The notes under the pieces were generated by a model. That model saw nothing but the letters and a program-made list of their open reading frames with translations. It did no database searches and was not told the origin of the DNA. 41,781 nucleotides of DNA. It comes from Chiloscyllium plagiosum (Eukaryota). Location: NCBI RefSeq assembly GCF_004010195.1, contig NC_057759.1:7008058-7049838 (forward strand), given 5' to 3'. Below, one piece after another: positions 12,630-23,928 of the stretch; the stretch's first letter is position 1, and the number at the start of each line of letters is the position of its first letter. Both the position numbers and the translations under genes were made by a program.

Positions 12630-13170
12630 ATTCACTCATGGCACGTGGGCATCATCCTCTGGGCCCAGCGATTATCGCCCAACGCATGACTAGTTGCCCC
12701 CTTAAGAAGGTAGGGATGAGTTGCTTTCTTGAACTTCTGCAGTCTATGCGCTGTAGATAGACACGCATTGCCCTGAGGGAAGGAATTCCAGGAATTTGAC
12801 ACAATGACACTGAAGGAGCGGGGTTATATTTCCAAGTCAGGACACTGAGTGGCCCAAAGGGGACTTGTAGTGGGTGGGTGTTCCCATGTATCTGCTGCAT
12901 TTGTCCTTCTAGATGGAAGTGGTTTAGGGTTTGGATTTTTGGTGATCTTTGTCTGAGGATCTTTGGTGAACTTCGCAGTGCATCTTATAGATGGTACATA
13001 CTGCTGCTACTGCGCTTTGGTTGTGGAGGGAATGGATGCTTTTGAATGTTGTGTCAATAGCCAGGCCTGCTTTGTCTCTTGGATGGTATCGAGCTTTTCG
13101 ACTGTTTTGGAGCTGCAACCATCCAGGCAAGTGTGGAGCATTCCCTCACACTCCTGACCTGTAACTGAGA
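12630..13170 (-). mobile_element. LINE 3' fragment, second family (related copies at 18290-18630 -, 29115-29630 +)
   Basis: Shared ttccaagtcaggacactgagtgg...ccttctagatggaagtg..ctgaggatctttggtgaac; translation IHSLH..VAAVCTIYKMHC. Confidence 0.7.
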
Positions 13171-13476
13171 TACTTGGAATGGCTCAATCAGGACAGCTTC
13201 TGGCCACATAAATGCCGCTAAGTAATAGAGAAATGAAATCACGAAGAATCAATATTGTTCTGTCTTCCTCAGATGGATCCCAGGTTGTGCCCTACAAATT
13301 CCAAGTTGAGCCATACCCATCACACACAGCCTTCCTCAGATATACGGAAACCGTTTGATTTTCTGCCGTTTAATATTAATTCTCAGATTACGACCCTTGT
13401 TCGAGAATCTCAAGGGTTGTAAACAAAATGAATAGTTGTCATCGTGTGCCCTTGTTCTTTACTGGATAGTACATAC

Positions 13477-13494
13477 CTCCAGCACAGCTCAAAA
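13477..13494 (-). pseudogene. Cytoplasmic micro-exon 3, (F)LSCAG
   Basis: Acceptor ttttttctttggattctttag, donor GAG|gtatgt. 18 nt, phase 1-1. Confidence 0.55.
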
Positions 13495-13599
13495 CTAAAG
13501 AATCCAAAGAAAAAATAGAAAGTTGTTTTCAGGTGGTAAATAATATCTGTCCCTGCTGAGTTTCTCCAAAAATTTCTGGGTTTCTCTTTATTTATGAAA

Positions 13600-14800
13600 T
13601 GTGTTGCCTGAAGAAAGCTAATTAAATGTTGGCCTTTATACCGAGAGGAAAGGTGTAGAAGGATACAGAAGGGATGCTGAAGTTATACAAAACCCTGGTT
13701 AGACCCCACTTAGAACAGATCTGGGCACTACACCTGAGGAAGGATGGATTGACCTGGGAGGAAGTACAGCATAAGATTACAAGAATGTTACCTGGACGTC
13801 AAGGTATGAGTGGATATTAGACAAATAAGGCCTGTTTTTCCTCTTGTTTAGCGTTTTAAGTGATGATTTGATGGACGATGTTGAAAGGAAAAGGCCGGGT
13901 GGGTAAATAAAAACGATTTTCACTGGTTGGAGATTCTAGTAGTAGGGACGGCATAGTTTGTGAATTAGTACCAGACCATTTGGGAGATATGTGAGGAAGC
14001 ACTTCTCCACACAAACGGTGGGAGAGGATTGGACGCCTCTTCCACAAGCAGCAGGGAATGCTAGATCAGTTGTTAGTTTTCAATGTGCGAGAGAGGGGAT
14101 TTTTTTTTTTTGTTGAGCTAATGTATTGGATATGTTCTTCTAAACATGCTCCTAAACTAAACTAGTCACACTTGGCAGTATTTGGTCCATATCTCTCCAA
14201 ACCTTTCCAGTCCACGTACTTCCTCAGATGCCTTTAAACGTTGTAAATGTACCCACATTCACCACTTCCTCTGCAAGATCATTGCACACACGGACCCCTC
14301 TCGGTGCAAGAAAAAAGCTGTTGCTCGTGCTTTTCTTTTAAACCTTTCTCCTAACACTTTAAAATTACCCTCAGTTTTCAAGTCACTCACCCGAGAGAAA
14401 AGACACCTGCTATTCTCCTGATCTATACCTTTCATGACTCCATAAACGTCTATAAAGTCACTCCTCAAACCTCTATGTTCCGGTGAAAGTAGTTCCAGCC
14501 CATCCAGCCTCTCATTTAACTCAAACTCTCCATTCCCACCTATATTCTGGTGCATCTTTTCTGAACACACTCCAGCTTAATAATATCCTCCTATAACAGA
14601 GAAATCAGAACTAGACACAGTATACCAGAACACCAATATCCCGTACAACCACAGAATGGTGTCCGAACTTCAAAACTCAGTGGTCTGAGCAACGATGGCA
14701 GGTGTTCTAAATGCCTTCTCAAACACTCTGTTTACCTGTGATTAAAACTTCAAAAAATTATTTACCTGAAACCCGAAGTCTGTCTGCTCTACAACAATGC
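13600..14800. mobile_element. Two tail-to-tail CR1 fragments (+ 13600-14130, - 14140-14800)
   Basis: aaaaccctggttagaccccacttaga (KTLVRPHL) on +; ERLDGLELLSPEHRGLRSDFIDVY on -. Confidence 0.75.
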
Positions 14801-15594
14801 TCACGTTTCACCCCTTATCATGTCCCCATCCTCCAGCAACCTTCTCGTTTGTAAAGAAAATAGAGTGAGTTTCTCTCCAGCGCTTTCAGAAAGAGATTTG
14901 GTTTTGTTGAGCTTCCCAGTCAGACGAATACCAGCATGAACGCTGGCCAATGGATGACGGTGTTGAATTGTCAGCTCACAGATTCACACACACCGTTCAA
15001 TTGATTTGACCTCTTTTGAAAGCTCCCATGGAATCCAGCTCCACCACTCTCCCAGGAAGGACATTCTAAACCCAACAACTCTCTGAAATAAAAAAGTTTC
15101 TTCTCATCTCACCCTCTTACTGACCATCTTGAAATTCTGAGCAGCCAGTTATTAATAGACCAAAGGTGGGAAATAATAACGTTCTTTCCTCTGTCAGAAC
15201 TGTTCTTAACTTTCAACTTCTCAGTAAGGTCACCACTTCATCTTTTCTGCTCGAAAGAGAATAAACTTAATCTCTTGAACCTTTCCCTGTATCTAAAATC
15301 CCTCATCGTTGTGATCATTCTCCTCCACACTGTTTCCAGGGTTTAAACATCCTTCCACGAATAAGGTGCCTTGAACCAAACCTGGCTGGCTAACAAAAGG
15401 CCAATTCTCTTCTTCAACCGTATTTCTAAATTCAGTTTCTGTTGTCTCCAAAGTTAAGGTGTCAAATAAATGACCGACAGATAAAAAAATGTATCCCCCA
15501 CGTTTCAACTGATCATCATGATCTAGTATTCTCCATTCACTGCTTGTGCTCTCACCATAATTAATTTATTTTCAGCGCTCTTCTTTACGTTCAG

Positions 15595-15780
15595 TGTTGG
15601 GTTAGCTGAGTTGGCTGGATGGTTTGTTTGGAACGTAGAGTAACATCGACAGCATGGGTTTGAATCTCTCGCTGGCTGAGGTTACTATGAAGGACTCACC
15701 TTCTCCACCTCTGCTATTGTCTGAGGCTAGGTAACTAACAGGTTAAACCACAACCTACTAATTATCACTCTCTCTGATAC
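15595..15780 (+). mobile_element. Decayed SINE-like repeat (related copy on - at about 31120-31292)
   Basis: Box-like head ttagctgagttggctgga...gggtttgaatc and ccttctc..acctc..ggttaaacca core shared with the reverse complement of 31120-31292. Confidence 0.45.
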
Positions 15781-15797
15781 TTCAGCTGAGGTCTAAC

Positions 15798-15841
15798 AAG
15801 TGTCTGGTACAAGTTCAATATCATCTCGTTGCTCTCGGGCT
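15798..15841 (-). pseudogene. Cytoplasmic mini-exon 2, (R)AREQRDDIELVPDT
   Basis: tgtag acceptor (pyrimidine tract weak, SINE about 20 bp upstream), donor gttaga. 44 nt, phase 2 to 1, which exactly bridges its neighbours in an open frame. Confidence 0.5.
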
Positions 15842-15859
15842 CTACACTTGATTAATAAT

Positions 15860-16157
15860 GGACGGCACGGTAGCACAGTGGTTAGCACTGCTGCCTCACA
15901 GCGCCAGAGACCCGGGTTCAGTTCCCGCCTCAGGCGACTGACTGTGTGGAGTTTGCACATTCTCCCCGTGTCTGTGTGGGTTTGCTCCGGTTTCCTCCCA
16001 CAATCCAAAGATGTGCAGATTAGGTGAATTGGCCATACTAAATTTCCCGTAGTGTTAGGTAAGGGGTAAATGTAGGGGTGTGGGTGTGTTGAGCTTCAGC
16101 GGGTCAGTGTGGACTTGTTGGGCCGAAGGGCCTGTTTCCACACTGTAATGTAATCTG
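15860..16157 (+). mobile_element. HE1-type tRNA-derived V-SINE
   Basis: A/B boxes (ggtagcacagtggttagc; gggttcagttccc), V-domain tgtgtggagtttgcacattctccccgtg, LINE-like tail gggccgaagggcctgtttcc. Confidence 0.9.
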
Positions 16158-16864
16158 ATAAAGCCGAGGACACTGTGAGCTTAATTAACCGCTCTCCTCC
16201 TGTGTTGCCACCTTCACTGTTCTGCACGCATATACCCCTGCTCCTGATCCCCCTTTAGAATTGTATCCACCTACATTAAAGTGCATTTCATTTACTTTCA
16301 AACAGCATTCATCACCAAATTTGTGTTGAATAACTTTTTTCTTTATTTTGAAATGTTCACGAATTAAAACCTATTTTGTTAAATCAAAGTTCATTTTTAC
16401 CTCCTATTAGTTTTGCTTCATTTATTCATTACTAACTAACACTATGCCTCCATGTTGTGTCTATTTAGTCCATTAGGAGCTGGCTCCCCAATTCAAAACA
16501 ATGTTGGCTAATCACATCTCGGCCTCAACTCCATTTTGCTGCCACCATTCCCTTTGACCTGTCACTTATTAAAATTTTGTCTGTCGCCTACTTTTATTTA
16601 TTCAATGTCCAGTGGGAATTGGGTTTTGCATTCCCACAGATTCACATACCTCTCCTCATTTGAGTGTTTTCATTCCTCCTTACTTCTGTTTTTGAGCTGC
16701 CTCACTCCGTTCAACTGAAACGATCGCCTCTCATTCTAGATTGTCCCACATGATGAAACAGCCTGTCTCCATCTCTTTTGTCAATCCCCCCTTTCGGGTT
16801 TTCTATCTCTCAGTTAGATCGCCTCTCGTGCAAACTCCGCAGAACCTGCTCTTATCTAAGACAT

Positions 16865-17107
16865 GATTCGGAGATGCCGGTGTTGGACTGGGGTGTACAA
16901 AGTTAGAAATCACACAACACCAGGTTATAGTCCAACAGGTTTAATTGGAAGCACACTAGCTTTCGAAGCGATGCTCCTTTATCAGGTGATTGTGTGCATT
17001 ACACAATCCTTATTACACAATCACCTGATGAAGGAGCGTCGCTCCGAAAGCTAGTGTGTTTCCAATTAAACCTGTTGGACTATAACCTGGTGTTGTGTGA
17101 TTTTAAA
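16865..17107. mobile_element. Palindromic Penelope-type insertion, second family, 14-bp TSD
   Basis: Inverted arms aaatcacacaacaccaggttatagtccaacaggtttaattggaa... / ...ccaattaaacctgttggactataacctggtgttgtgtgattt. TSD cttatctaagacat at 16851-16864 and 17108-17121. Confidence 0.8.
17025..17053 (+). ncRNA. Minimal hammerhead ribozyme core motif
   Basis: CTGATGA-A-GGAGC-GTC-GCTCC-GAAA-GCTA: CUGANGA box, stem II hairpin, GAAA box and candidate NUH. Activity cannot be shown from sequence. Confidence 0.6.
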
Positions 17108-17629
17108 CTTATCTAAGACATCTTTCATCTCTGGAAATGATAGAGAGAATCTTCTCTCAACTGCCTGCAGTATAATTACATCTATCCTCAAGTAAAGAGA
17201 TAAAATTGTAACAGCTTCTCCTCATAAGACACATTTTTCTGCTTGGTATACTATTTAATGAATCTCCCCTGAACTCCCCCCAGTTCAACTACATCTCTCC
17301 TCAAGAAAGGGGACCAAAACTCTGTGGAGGACTGTGTACATGGAAACTCCAATGTCTTGTACAGTTGCAGCAGCACTTCAATACATTCATACTCTGTCCC
17401 TTTGCAATTAATGCCTGCCTTAACACTTACAGTAGCTGTCTGCTACTTTTTGGGATTCGTACATAAAGACAGCCTGATCCCTCTGTACAAACACATTTTA
17501 AACTTTCTCTCCCATTCCGATGATAACTTGCCTTTTTCTATTCTTCCAACTACAGAAATTGAGAGAGTGTCCTCGATTTGAACTGTCGTGCTTTAAATTC
17601 GCAAAAGAGTCAGACACAAAAGTCCATTT

Positions 17630-17845
17630 CGAAAGTGTGGTGCTGGAAACGTACACCAGGTCAAGCAGCATCTGAGGAGCAGGAGAATCAACATTTCGAG
17701 CAGAAGCATGAGGCTAATTCATGATGAATGCCTTATGCCCTGAATATCGATTCTTCTGCTCCTCAGCTGCTGGCTGACCTGCTTTGCTTTGCCAACACCA
17801 CACTATCGACTCTGATCTCCAGCATCTGCAGTCCTCGCTTTCTTC
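17630..17845. mobile_element. Older decayed palindromic Penelope-type copy
   Basis: gtggtgctggaaacg...aggtcaagcagcatc / gctgacctgctttgctttgccaacaccac arms plus tctgatctccagcatctgcagtcctc tail. Confidence 0.65.
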
Positions 17846-17975
17846 GACAAAAGTGCATTTGATCCAATTTGTCTGACAAATGTAAAATGTCTGGGTTTGT
17901 ACTGTAGAATGATTTTAGTCCATTCAGAATGTGTTTGAATGCTGTTAGAAGTTGCGAACCACCTCACTGACTTAC

Positions 17976-18006
17976 CTGTGCTGCCGGGAACTGCTGGAAC
18001 AATCAG
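17976..18006 (-). pseudogene. Cytoplasmic mini-exon 1, (A)DCSSSSRQH
   Basis: Strong acceptor ctctcttattttctccag and consensus donor CAG|gtaagt. 31 nt, phase 1 to 2. Confidence 0.7.
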
Positions 18007-18637
18007 CTGGAGAAAATAAGAGAGAGAAATATGGGAACGTTTTACTGTAAATGTTCCGTGTCACGAGTTGCAAATGAATCTGGTTTCTTTGACTGATGCG
18101 CAAGCAGCTATTATTCTAATGATCATATTTCGTTTATATTTGTGCTGACCAATCCTCTAACCACAGCACATTACTTTGTATATCAGCCCTTTTTATTTCA
18201 TCTGCCAGTCATTCAGCCTGCCCACATCCTCCCAAAGTACCTTCACCCACAGTATTTTATTAGCTGTCTTTTGTAATTTACATAAGGAATGTATTTGTTG
18301 CCTGCATCCCTCATGGCCCCTTGAAAGGTCAATGGGGAGCTGCATTCCGAAATTGCTTCGGTTTATGTGCTATAGGTAGATCCTCAATTTCCGTAGGGAG
18401 GGAATTCCAACATTTTAATCAGAGGAAAAGCCGATAGATTTCCAAGTCAGGACACTGAGTGGTTCAGAAGGGTGGTGTTCCATACATCTGCTGCCCTTAT
18501 CCTTCTAGATGGAAGTGTTCATGGGTTTGGAATCTGCTTTCTGAGGATCTTTGGTGACTTTCTCTAGTGCATCTTCTAGATAGTACACATTGCTGCGAGT
18601 GTGCGTCAGTGATGGAGGGAGGAGATGCATGTACACG

Positions 18638-18638
18638 T

Positions 18639-18701
<63 letters not shown>
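18638..18701. repeat. (CA)n microsatellite
   Basis: Uninterrupted CA run. Other simple repeats: 1-130, 2128-2330, 7826-7880, 30643-30762, 35901-35965, 37625-37955, 39690-39900; GA-rich tract 23120-23470. Confidence 0.95.
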
Positions 18702-18703
<2 letters not shown>

Positions 18704-18803
18704 TGCAAAATTGACACTATATGAGCGACGTTAGTTCGAAACCCACATCAAGTCCTGAATGGAGAACTATCGCTTGCATTAACTACTGGACTGTCTCACT
18801 CAC

Positions 18804-18905
18804 CTTATTTCCTGTTCCAGAGTTTAATGGGAAGCAATGTGGGGAGAGAAAGGATCAGAAACAGTGGGACAATGAGTGCTGCCATCTCAGTGCTATGTGA
18901 CTGTC
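18804..18905 (-). pseudogene. Transmembrane exon with TAA just before the donor
   Basis: Acceptor ctctctgaatccag; (G)QSHSTEMAALIVPLFLILSLPTLLPIKLWNRK* then G|gtgagt. 102 nt, phase 1-1; hydrophobic stretch followed by basic residues. Confidence 0.8.
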
Positions 18906-20138
18906 CTGGATTCAGAGAGGGGGTTCCTGTCAATCGCATCATTCCTTCAGCAAGCACTAACCCCAATATTCCCCATTCCTTGCTGCCCTGACCCCCTGCC
19001 AACAACCAACCATTTGGAGGGAAACCCTTGTGTTGGTCAAATACCCTCCAAACCATTGCCATCATAGTGACGTCACTGTTTGTGCAGCCTTTCTCATTAA
19101 CAAAATCCCACCAATCGAAACCAGACTATTCAGTGCTAAACTCAAAAGATCACTCTTCACCCACCCTCCCCAAATTGCCCACGAGAAATTATTACCCCTT
19201 ATTTTCATTGCCTATATATCTTGAGACACACTTCACTTTGTCCTCAACCTGTCAGCAACAAATGCGCCATTCACAGAGAAATATCGAAACGATCATCGAG
19301 AGGAGGCCAATTGGTCTGTCTCGCCTCCTCTACCCAGTCAATGCAATCATGGCTGATCATCCAACCTAGGCCTGTGCCTCCCTGCACTCTCCCTTTCGCC
19401 CCTAAGAACTCTATTCAACTCCTTCCTGAACAACATTCAGTGTTCTAGTCCTGACTGCTTTCTATGGTAGAGAATTCCACAGGCTCCCCACGCTCTTCTC
19501 GGAGACATTACTCTCTATCTCATTCCCACTCTGTCTCCGTTAGACTATCACCCCCTAGTTTTGGAGTCTCCACCCAGTCCTCAGGAATGGCCTCTCTGTG
19601 TTGACTCTCTCTATTCCTTTCTGAATGCTTTAAGTTTCTATAAATTTCCCTCCTTGTTCTTATAAAGCCCAGTGGATATATTCCTAATCCTAACTAATCC
19701 AGTCTCTCTCCAAATGTCATCCTGCCATCCCAGGAATCAGTCTGGCAAATGTTTGCTGTACTCCGTCTTTAGTCAAAACATCTTTCCTCAGATATGACGA
19801 CCCCAAACTACACACACTGTTCTCCAGGGTGTGTTCTTACGCTGCCCAAATGCAGCGAGACATCCCCCCTCCTGGGATTGAATTCTGACATTACTCTATC
19901 AGAAAAAGGATGTTGCTGTCTCTTTCTCTCTCTTTAAAGATACTGCCAGACCTGATGATTTTTTTCCAGCACGTTGTGTTAATAACCTGTAATGGTAACT
20001 CTAACTTTCTTTCCCTGTCCCCACAGATGTTGCAAGACCTGCTGAGCTTCTCCAGCAATTTTCTAGAGTGTTCCTGTCACGTCTTCCGCTGGAGCTCGGG
20101 CAAGAATGGGCACGGTTCTAAGATGAAGAATGGATTAC

Positions 20139-20423
20139 CTGGCACTGTGAGATCGATTTACTGGTCACATTAAATATCATTCCACTGGGACTCCGGTTGA
20201 TCGCGCCGCCCTGGTATCTGCCTTGGTGCTGGGACTAGAAGGATTCAACGGTCAGCTCTCGCCTGTCTGAGCTAAAGTTGTAATTCCTGCTGACATTGTT
20301 GAAAGTACCACTGGAAGTAGGGTCTTGTACCTCGGCTCAATACACACTCTAGAACGAGACGACTCCCAATCAAAATCTCCGTTTTATTGGCTCTGGGCTT
20401 GCAGAAAGCCCCAGCAACAGGAA
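20139..20423 (-). pseudogene. Ig domain exon 5 (two compensating frameshifts, stop, lost second Cys)
   Basis: Acceptor tcttgttttgttccag; (V)PVAGAFCKPRANKTEILIGSRLVLECVLSRGTRPYFQWYF; shifted frame NNVSRNYNFSSDRRELTVESF*SQHQGRYQGGAIN; shifts back to IDLTVP; donor G|gtaatc. TAG at 20272-20274 (entry frame) and 20235-20237 (shifted frame). Confidence 0.85.
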
Positions 20424-20594
20424 CTGGAACAAAACAAGACAAAGAGGAAATAAAAGATCATGTGTTGCATTTCTCATTTTTCTGATAGTTATTTCCGTCT
20501 CGTGTAAAATCTAAACTTTTTAAGATTTGTGTTAACGATGGCTGGCCAAATGGTACAGCAACCAACCAATGCCCTGTTGGTGTTCGGTGGTCTT

Positions 20595-21205
20595 ATCGTC
20601 ACTGTTCCCATTCCCATCTGAGTGTCAACATCCTGGTTACTGATACAGTCCCCAACCCCACCCCACTACCAACATCCTGGGGGTTAACATCACTGTCCCC
20701 ACCGCCACCCCACGATCTACATCTTGGACGTTACGGTACCTGTCCCCAACCCCCACCCAACTATCAACATCCTGGGGGTTACTCTCACTGCCCCCACCCC
20801 CTGCACTATCAATACCTTGGGGGTTTCTGTCACTGTTCCCACCCCTACCCCAGTATCAACCTCCTGGGAGTTACTGACACTGTCCCCACCCTCTGCGCCA
20901 TCAATATCCTGGGGATTCCTGTCACTGTCCCCACCCCTAATCCACTATCAACATCCTGGGAGTTACTGTCACTCTCCCCAACCCTACTCCACTATCAACA
21001 TCCTGGGGGTTACTGTCACTGTACCCAACCCACCCCAGTATCAACATCCTATGGGTTACCATTACTGTTCCCACCCCCATCCCACTATCAACATCCGGGG
21101 GTTGCTGTCACTGACCCCATCCCCACCCCGCTATCAACATCCTGGTGATTACCGTCACTGTCCCCACCTCTACCCTACTACCAACATTCTTGGGGTTACC
21201 ATCAA
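20595..21205. repeat. About 47-bp minisatellite, CCACTATCAACATCCTGGGGGTTACTGTCACTGTCCCC...
   Basis: Roughly 13 diverged tandem units read directly. Confidence 0.9.
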
Positions 21206-21511
21206 CCTTCTGCTGCTCCTAAGCTTCCACCATTCTCTGATGGATTGCTGAACATTGTTTCGTAGAGTCAGAGATCTACACCACAGAAAAAATCCTTTCA
21301 GCCAATTGAGTCCATGCCACTCAAAAGCGCCTTTCTATTCTCTCTTCCCTTTTTTTCATGCAATTCGAGATTCATTAAAGTCTTACAGGCCCATCGGCCC
21401 AACGCATTTACGTTGACCAGGTCTCACAAACAGTCTGCGTTCCATTTGCCTGCGTTTGGCCTATATCGCTACAAACCTTTCCTATCCCTGTACCTGTCCA
21501 AATATCGTTTA

Positions 21512-21724
21512 AGCTGAAAATGTATTGCTGGAAAAGCGCAGCAGGTCAGGCAGCATCCAAGGAGCAGGAGAATCGACGTTTCGGGCATGAGCCCTTCTTC
21601 AGGAAGGGCTCATGCCCGAAACGTCGATTCTCCTGCTCCTTGGATGCTGCCTGACCTGCTGCACTTTTCCAGCACCACATTTTCAGCTCTGATCTCCAGC
21701 ATCTGCAGTCCTCACTTTCTCCTC
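21512..21724. mobile_element. Palindromic Penelope-type insertion (same family as 702-891)
   Basis: Same arms and same 3' extension (tgatctccagcatctgcagtcctcactttctcctc). Imperfect TSD aaatatcgttta (21500-21511) / aaatatcattga (21725-21736). Inserted in a CR1 fragment. Confidence 0.8.
21575..21604 (-). ncRNA. Minimal hammerhead ribozyme core motif
   Basis: Minus strand reads CTGAAGA-A-GGGC-TCAT-GCCC-GAAAC-GTC. Confidence 0.6.
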
Positions 21725-22062
21725 AAATATCATTGAAATCTTGTAATTGTACCTGCCTTGACCACTTCCTCTTGCATCTACTTCCATATACACACCACAC
21801 TCTGCGTGAGAAAATTCATCCTCCCGTCCCTTTTAAACCTTTCTGCTGTCTCGTTAAACCAATGCCCATAGTTCTGGACTCCCCTACCTACGGAAATAAC
21901 TTGGGTATTCATCTTATCCGAGCCCATATTTCTGCAAGAAAATACAAGTGCAATTTCGAGGACCATTTAATCGGACTCTAGCCTTGGCATCACAAGTGCA
22001 TTGTGATGAGGATTTCTGCCTCTTATAGGCAGTGAATTTCAGATTTTACTCCACCGTCTTAT

Positions 22063-22417
22063 TGATACAGTCCCCAACCCCAACCCACTACCAACATCCT
22101 GGGGGTTAACATCACTGCCCCCACACCCCACCCCCGATCTACATCTTGCCGTCACTGTCCCCAGCTCCACCCCACTATCAACATCCTGGGGGTTACTGTC
22201 ACTGCCCTTACCCCCTGCACTATCAATACCCCGGAGGTTTCTGTCCCTGTACCCACTCTACCCCACTATCAACCTCCTGGGCGTTACTGACACTGTCCCC
22301 ACCCTCTGCACCATCAATATCCTGGGGATTCCTGTCACTGTCCCCACCCCTACTCCACTATCAACATCCTGGGGGTTACTGTCATTCTCCCCACCCCTAC
22401 TCTACTATCAACATCCC
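22063..22417. repeat. Second block of the about 47-bp minisatellite
   Basis: Same unit variants in the same order as 20641-21000. Confidence 0.9.
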
Positions 22418-22740
22418 ACGCATTCCCCTCTAAACCTCCTCCCCATTATTTTCAATCTCTATCCCTCTCCCGGCCATTGGTCCCTCCATCAAGGGGGAAA
22501 GGGTTAGCTTCCTGTCTATACAATTTAACCCTCATCATTATATCTATCACAATCGTGTCCCCGCACTCGCAATCGCCTATGCTCTAAGGAAAACAACCAC
22601 AATCTGTACAATCTTTCTCCATCAGTAGAACTCTTCAGCCCCCAAGGCAACATCGTGGTAAATCTCCTTCTGCACCATCCCCCAGTGCTATCACATTGCT
22701 CCGATAATGTGGATTTGTTTCAAGCTGCTTAGAAACTCAC

Positions 22741-23025
22741 CGGTCACTGAAATGGCGAGTAATTTGCTGCTCAGGAGAGATTCTCCCTCCTGGCTAGAAA
22801 CAGCGCAGTGATAATTGCCCTCTTGACTTTTGCTGATGTTGATGATTATGCGTATGGTTCTGCTGTGGTTTGAATATTGCCAGTACATCTCCTGACTATC
22901 CTTGTAGAAAATATATTGAATTGGGGTCGATCCGCTGTTCACGGGGCACTTCAACCAGGTGCTATCTCCTTCTATTATCTCTTTTCCAGGTTTTGCACTC
23001 AGATCCGTGACACACGCAGGAATGC
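22741..23025 (-). pseudogene. Ig domain exon 4 (open frame)
   Basis: Acceptor caatcacag; (R)IPACVTDLSAKPGKEIIEGDSTWLKCPVNSGSTPIQYIFYKD...QEGNYHCAVSS...LAISVT; donor G|gtgagt. 285 nt, phase 1-1. Confidence 0.92.
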
Positions 23026-23928
23026 CTGTGATTGAACCAAATTGTTAGGCACTTTTCTAAGGCAGGAATTGTTGTCTTCAGTAACAAGCTGCATTTCTCA
23101 CGTACAGTTGGAGAGTGTCAGAAACAGTTAGAGAGATATGGACACACTTAGAGAGTTAGAGAGAGACAGAGGGCCAGAGGGTGGCAGGGAGAAACATGGA
23201 GAGTCACAGACATAACAGAGATATAGAGACCCAGAAGGACGTAAAGAGTTATAAAGAAACATAGTATCATAGAGAGTCAGAGTGAGACATGGAGCGACAC
23301 AAAATCACAGAGTCATCGAGATTAACAGACATTGAGTCATAGACAATCAAATCAAGTCATTGAGAGTCACACAGTTGTTGACAGAGATGGAGACATAGAG
23401 TGTCTTAGAGATACATAAAGACATAGAGAGTTAGAGATAGACATAGAGAGAGAGTGACATGGAGTGAGATATCAAGGTTTGTACCGTTCTGACTTCGTCC
23501 CTCAATGCATTATAATCTCTGCCATGATTTATAAAGGCGAGTGTCTCATCTACATTCTTAATCTCCCTATTAATCTGTTCTACCTCCTTCAGGGATCTGT
23601 AGATCCAGTGTTCCTCTGAACCTGTAGCTAATTCAACACAAAAAAAATGCTCAATGTTCACGTGAAATTCAGACCGAGGAAGCAGAAACACTGGAAAAAG
23701 CAAAATAAAGTGTGAAAGCGGGCAGAATGGGATAGATTTGTGAGGTATGGAGAGGGACTGATGACCGTAATAAATATGTGTGCACAAATTCACTAACAAG
23801 AGAGAGTGTAAGCGCTGAAGCACAAAAAAATCTTGTCATATGCTGGGAATGATAGGAGGAGTTGACTAATCCTTACATTTCCAAAGGTTTGAATAACAGT
23901 AAAAAAAATAAATGAAGGTGCAGCTCAC

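Noticed and set aside
18720..18800. tRNA-like sequence on the minus strand next to the TM donor
   Set aside because: Only vague A/B-box resemblance and no cloverleaf; at most a decayed SINE head.
20724..21251. 175-aa Pro/Thr/His-rich ORF (mucin-like stalk)
   Set aside because: Translation of the 47-bp minisatellite, on the opposite strand to the gene and without splice support.
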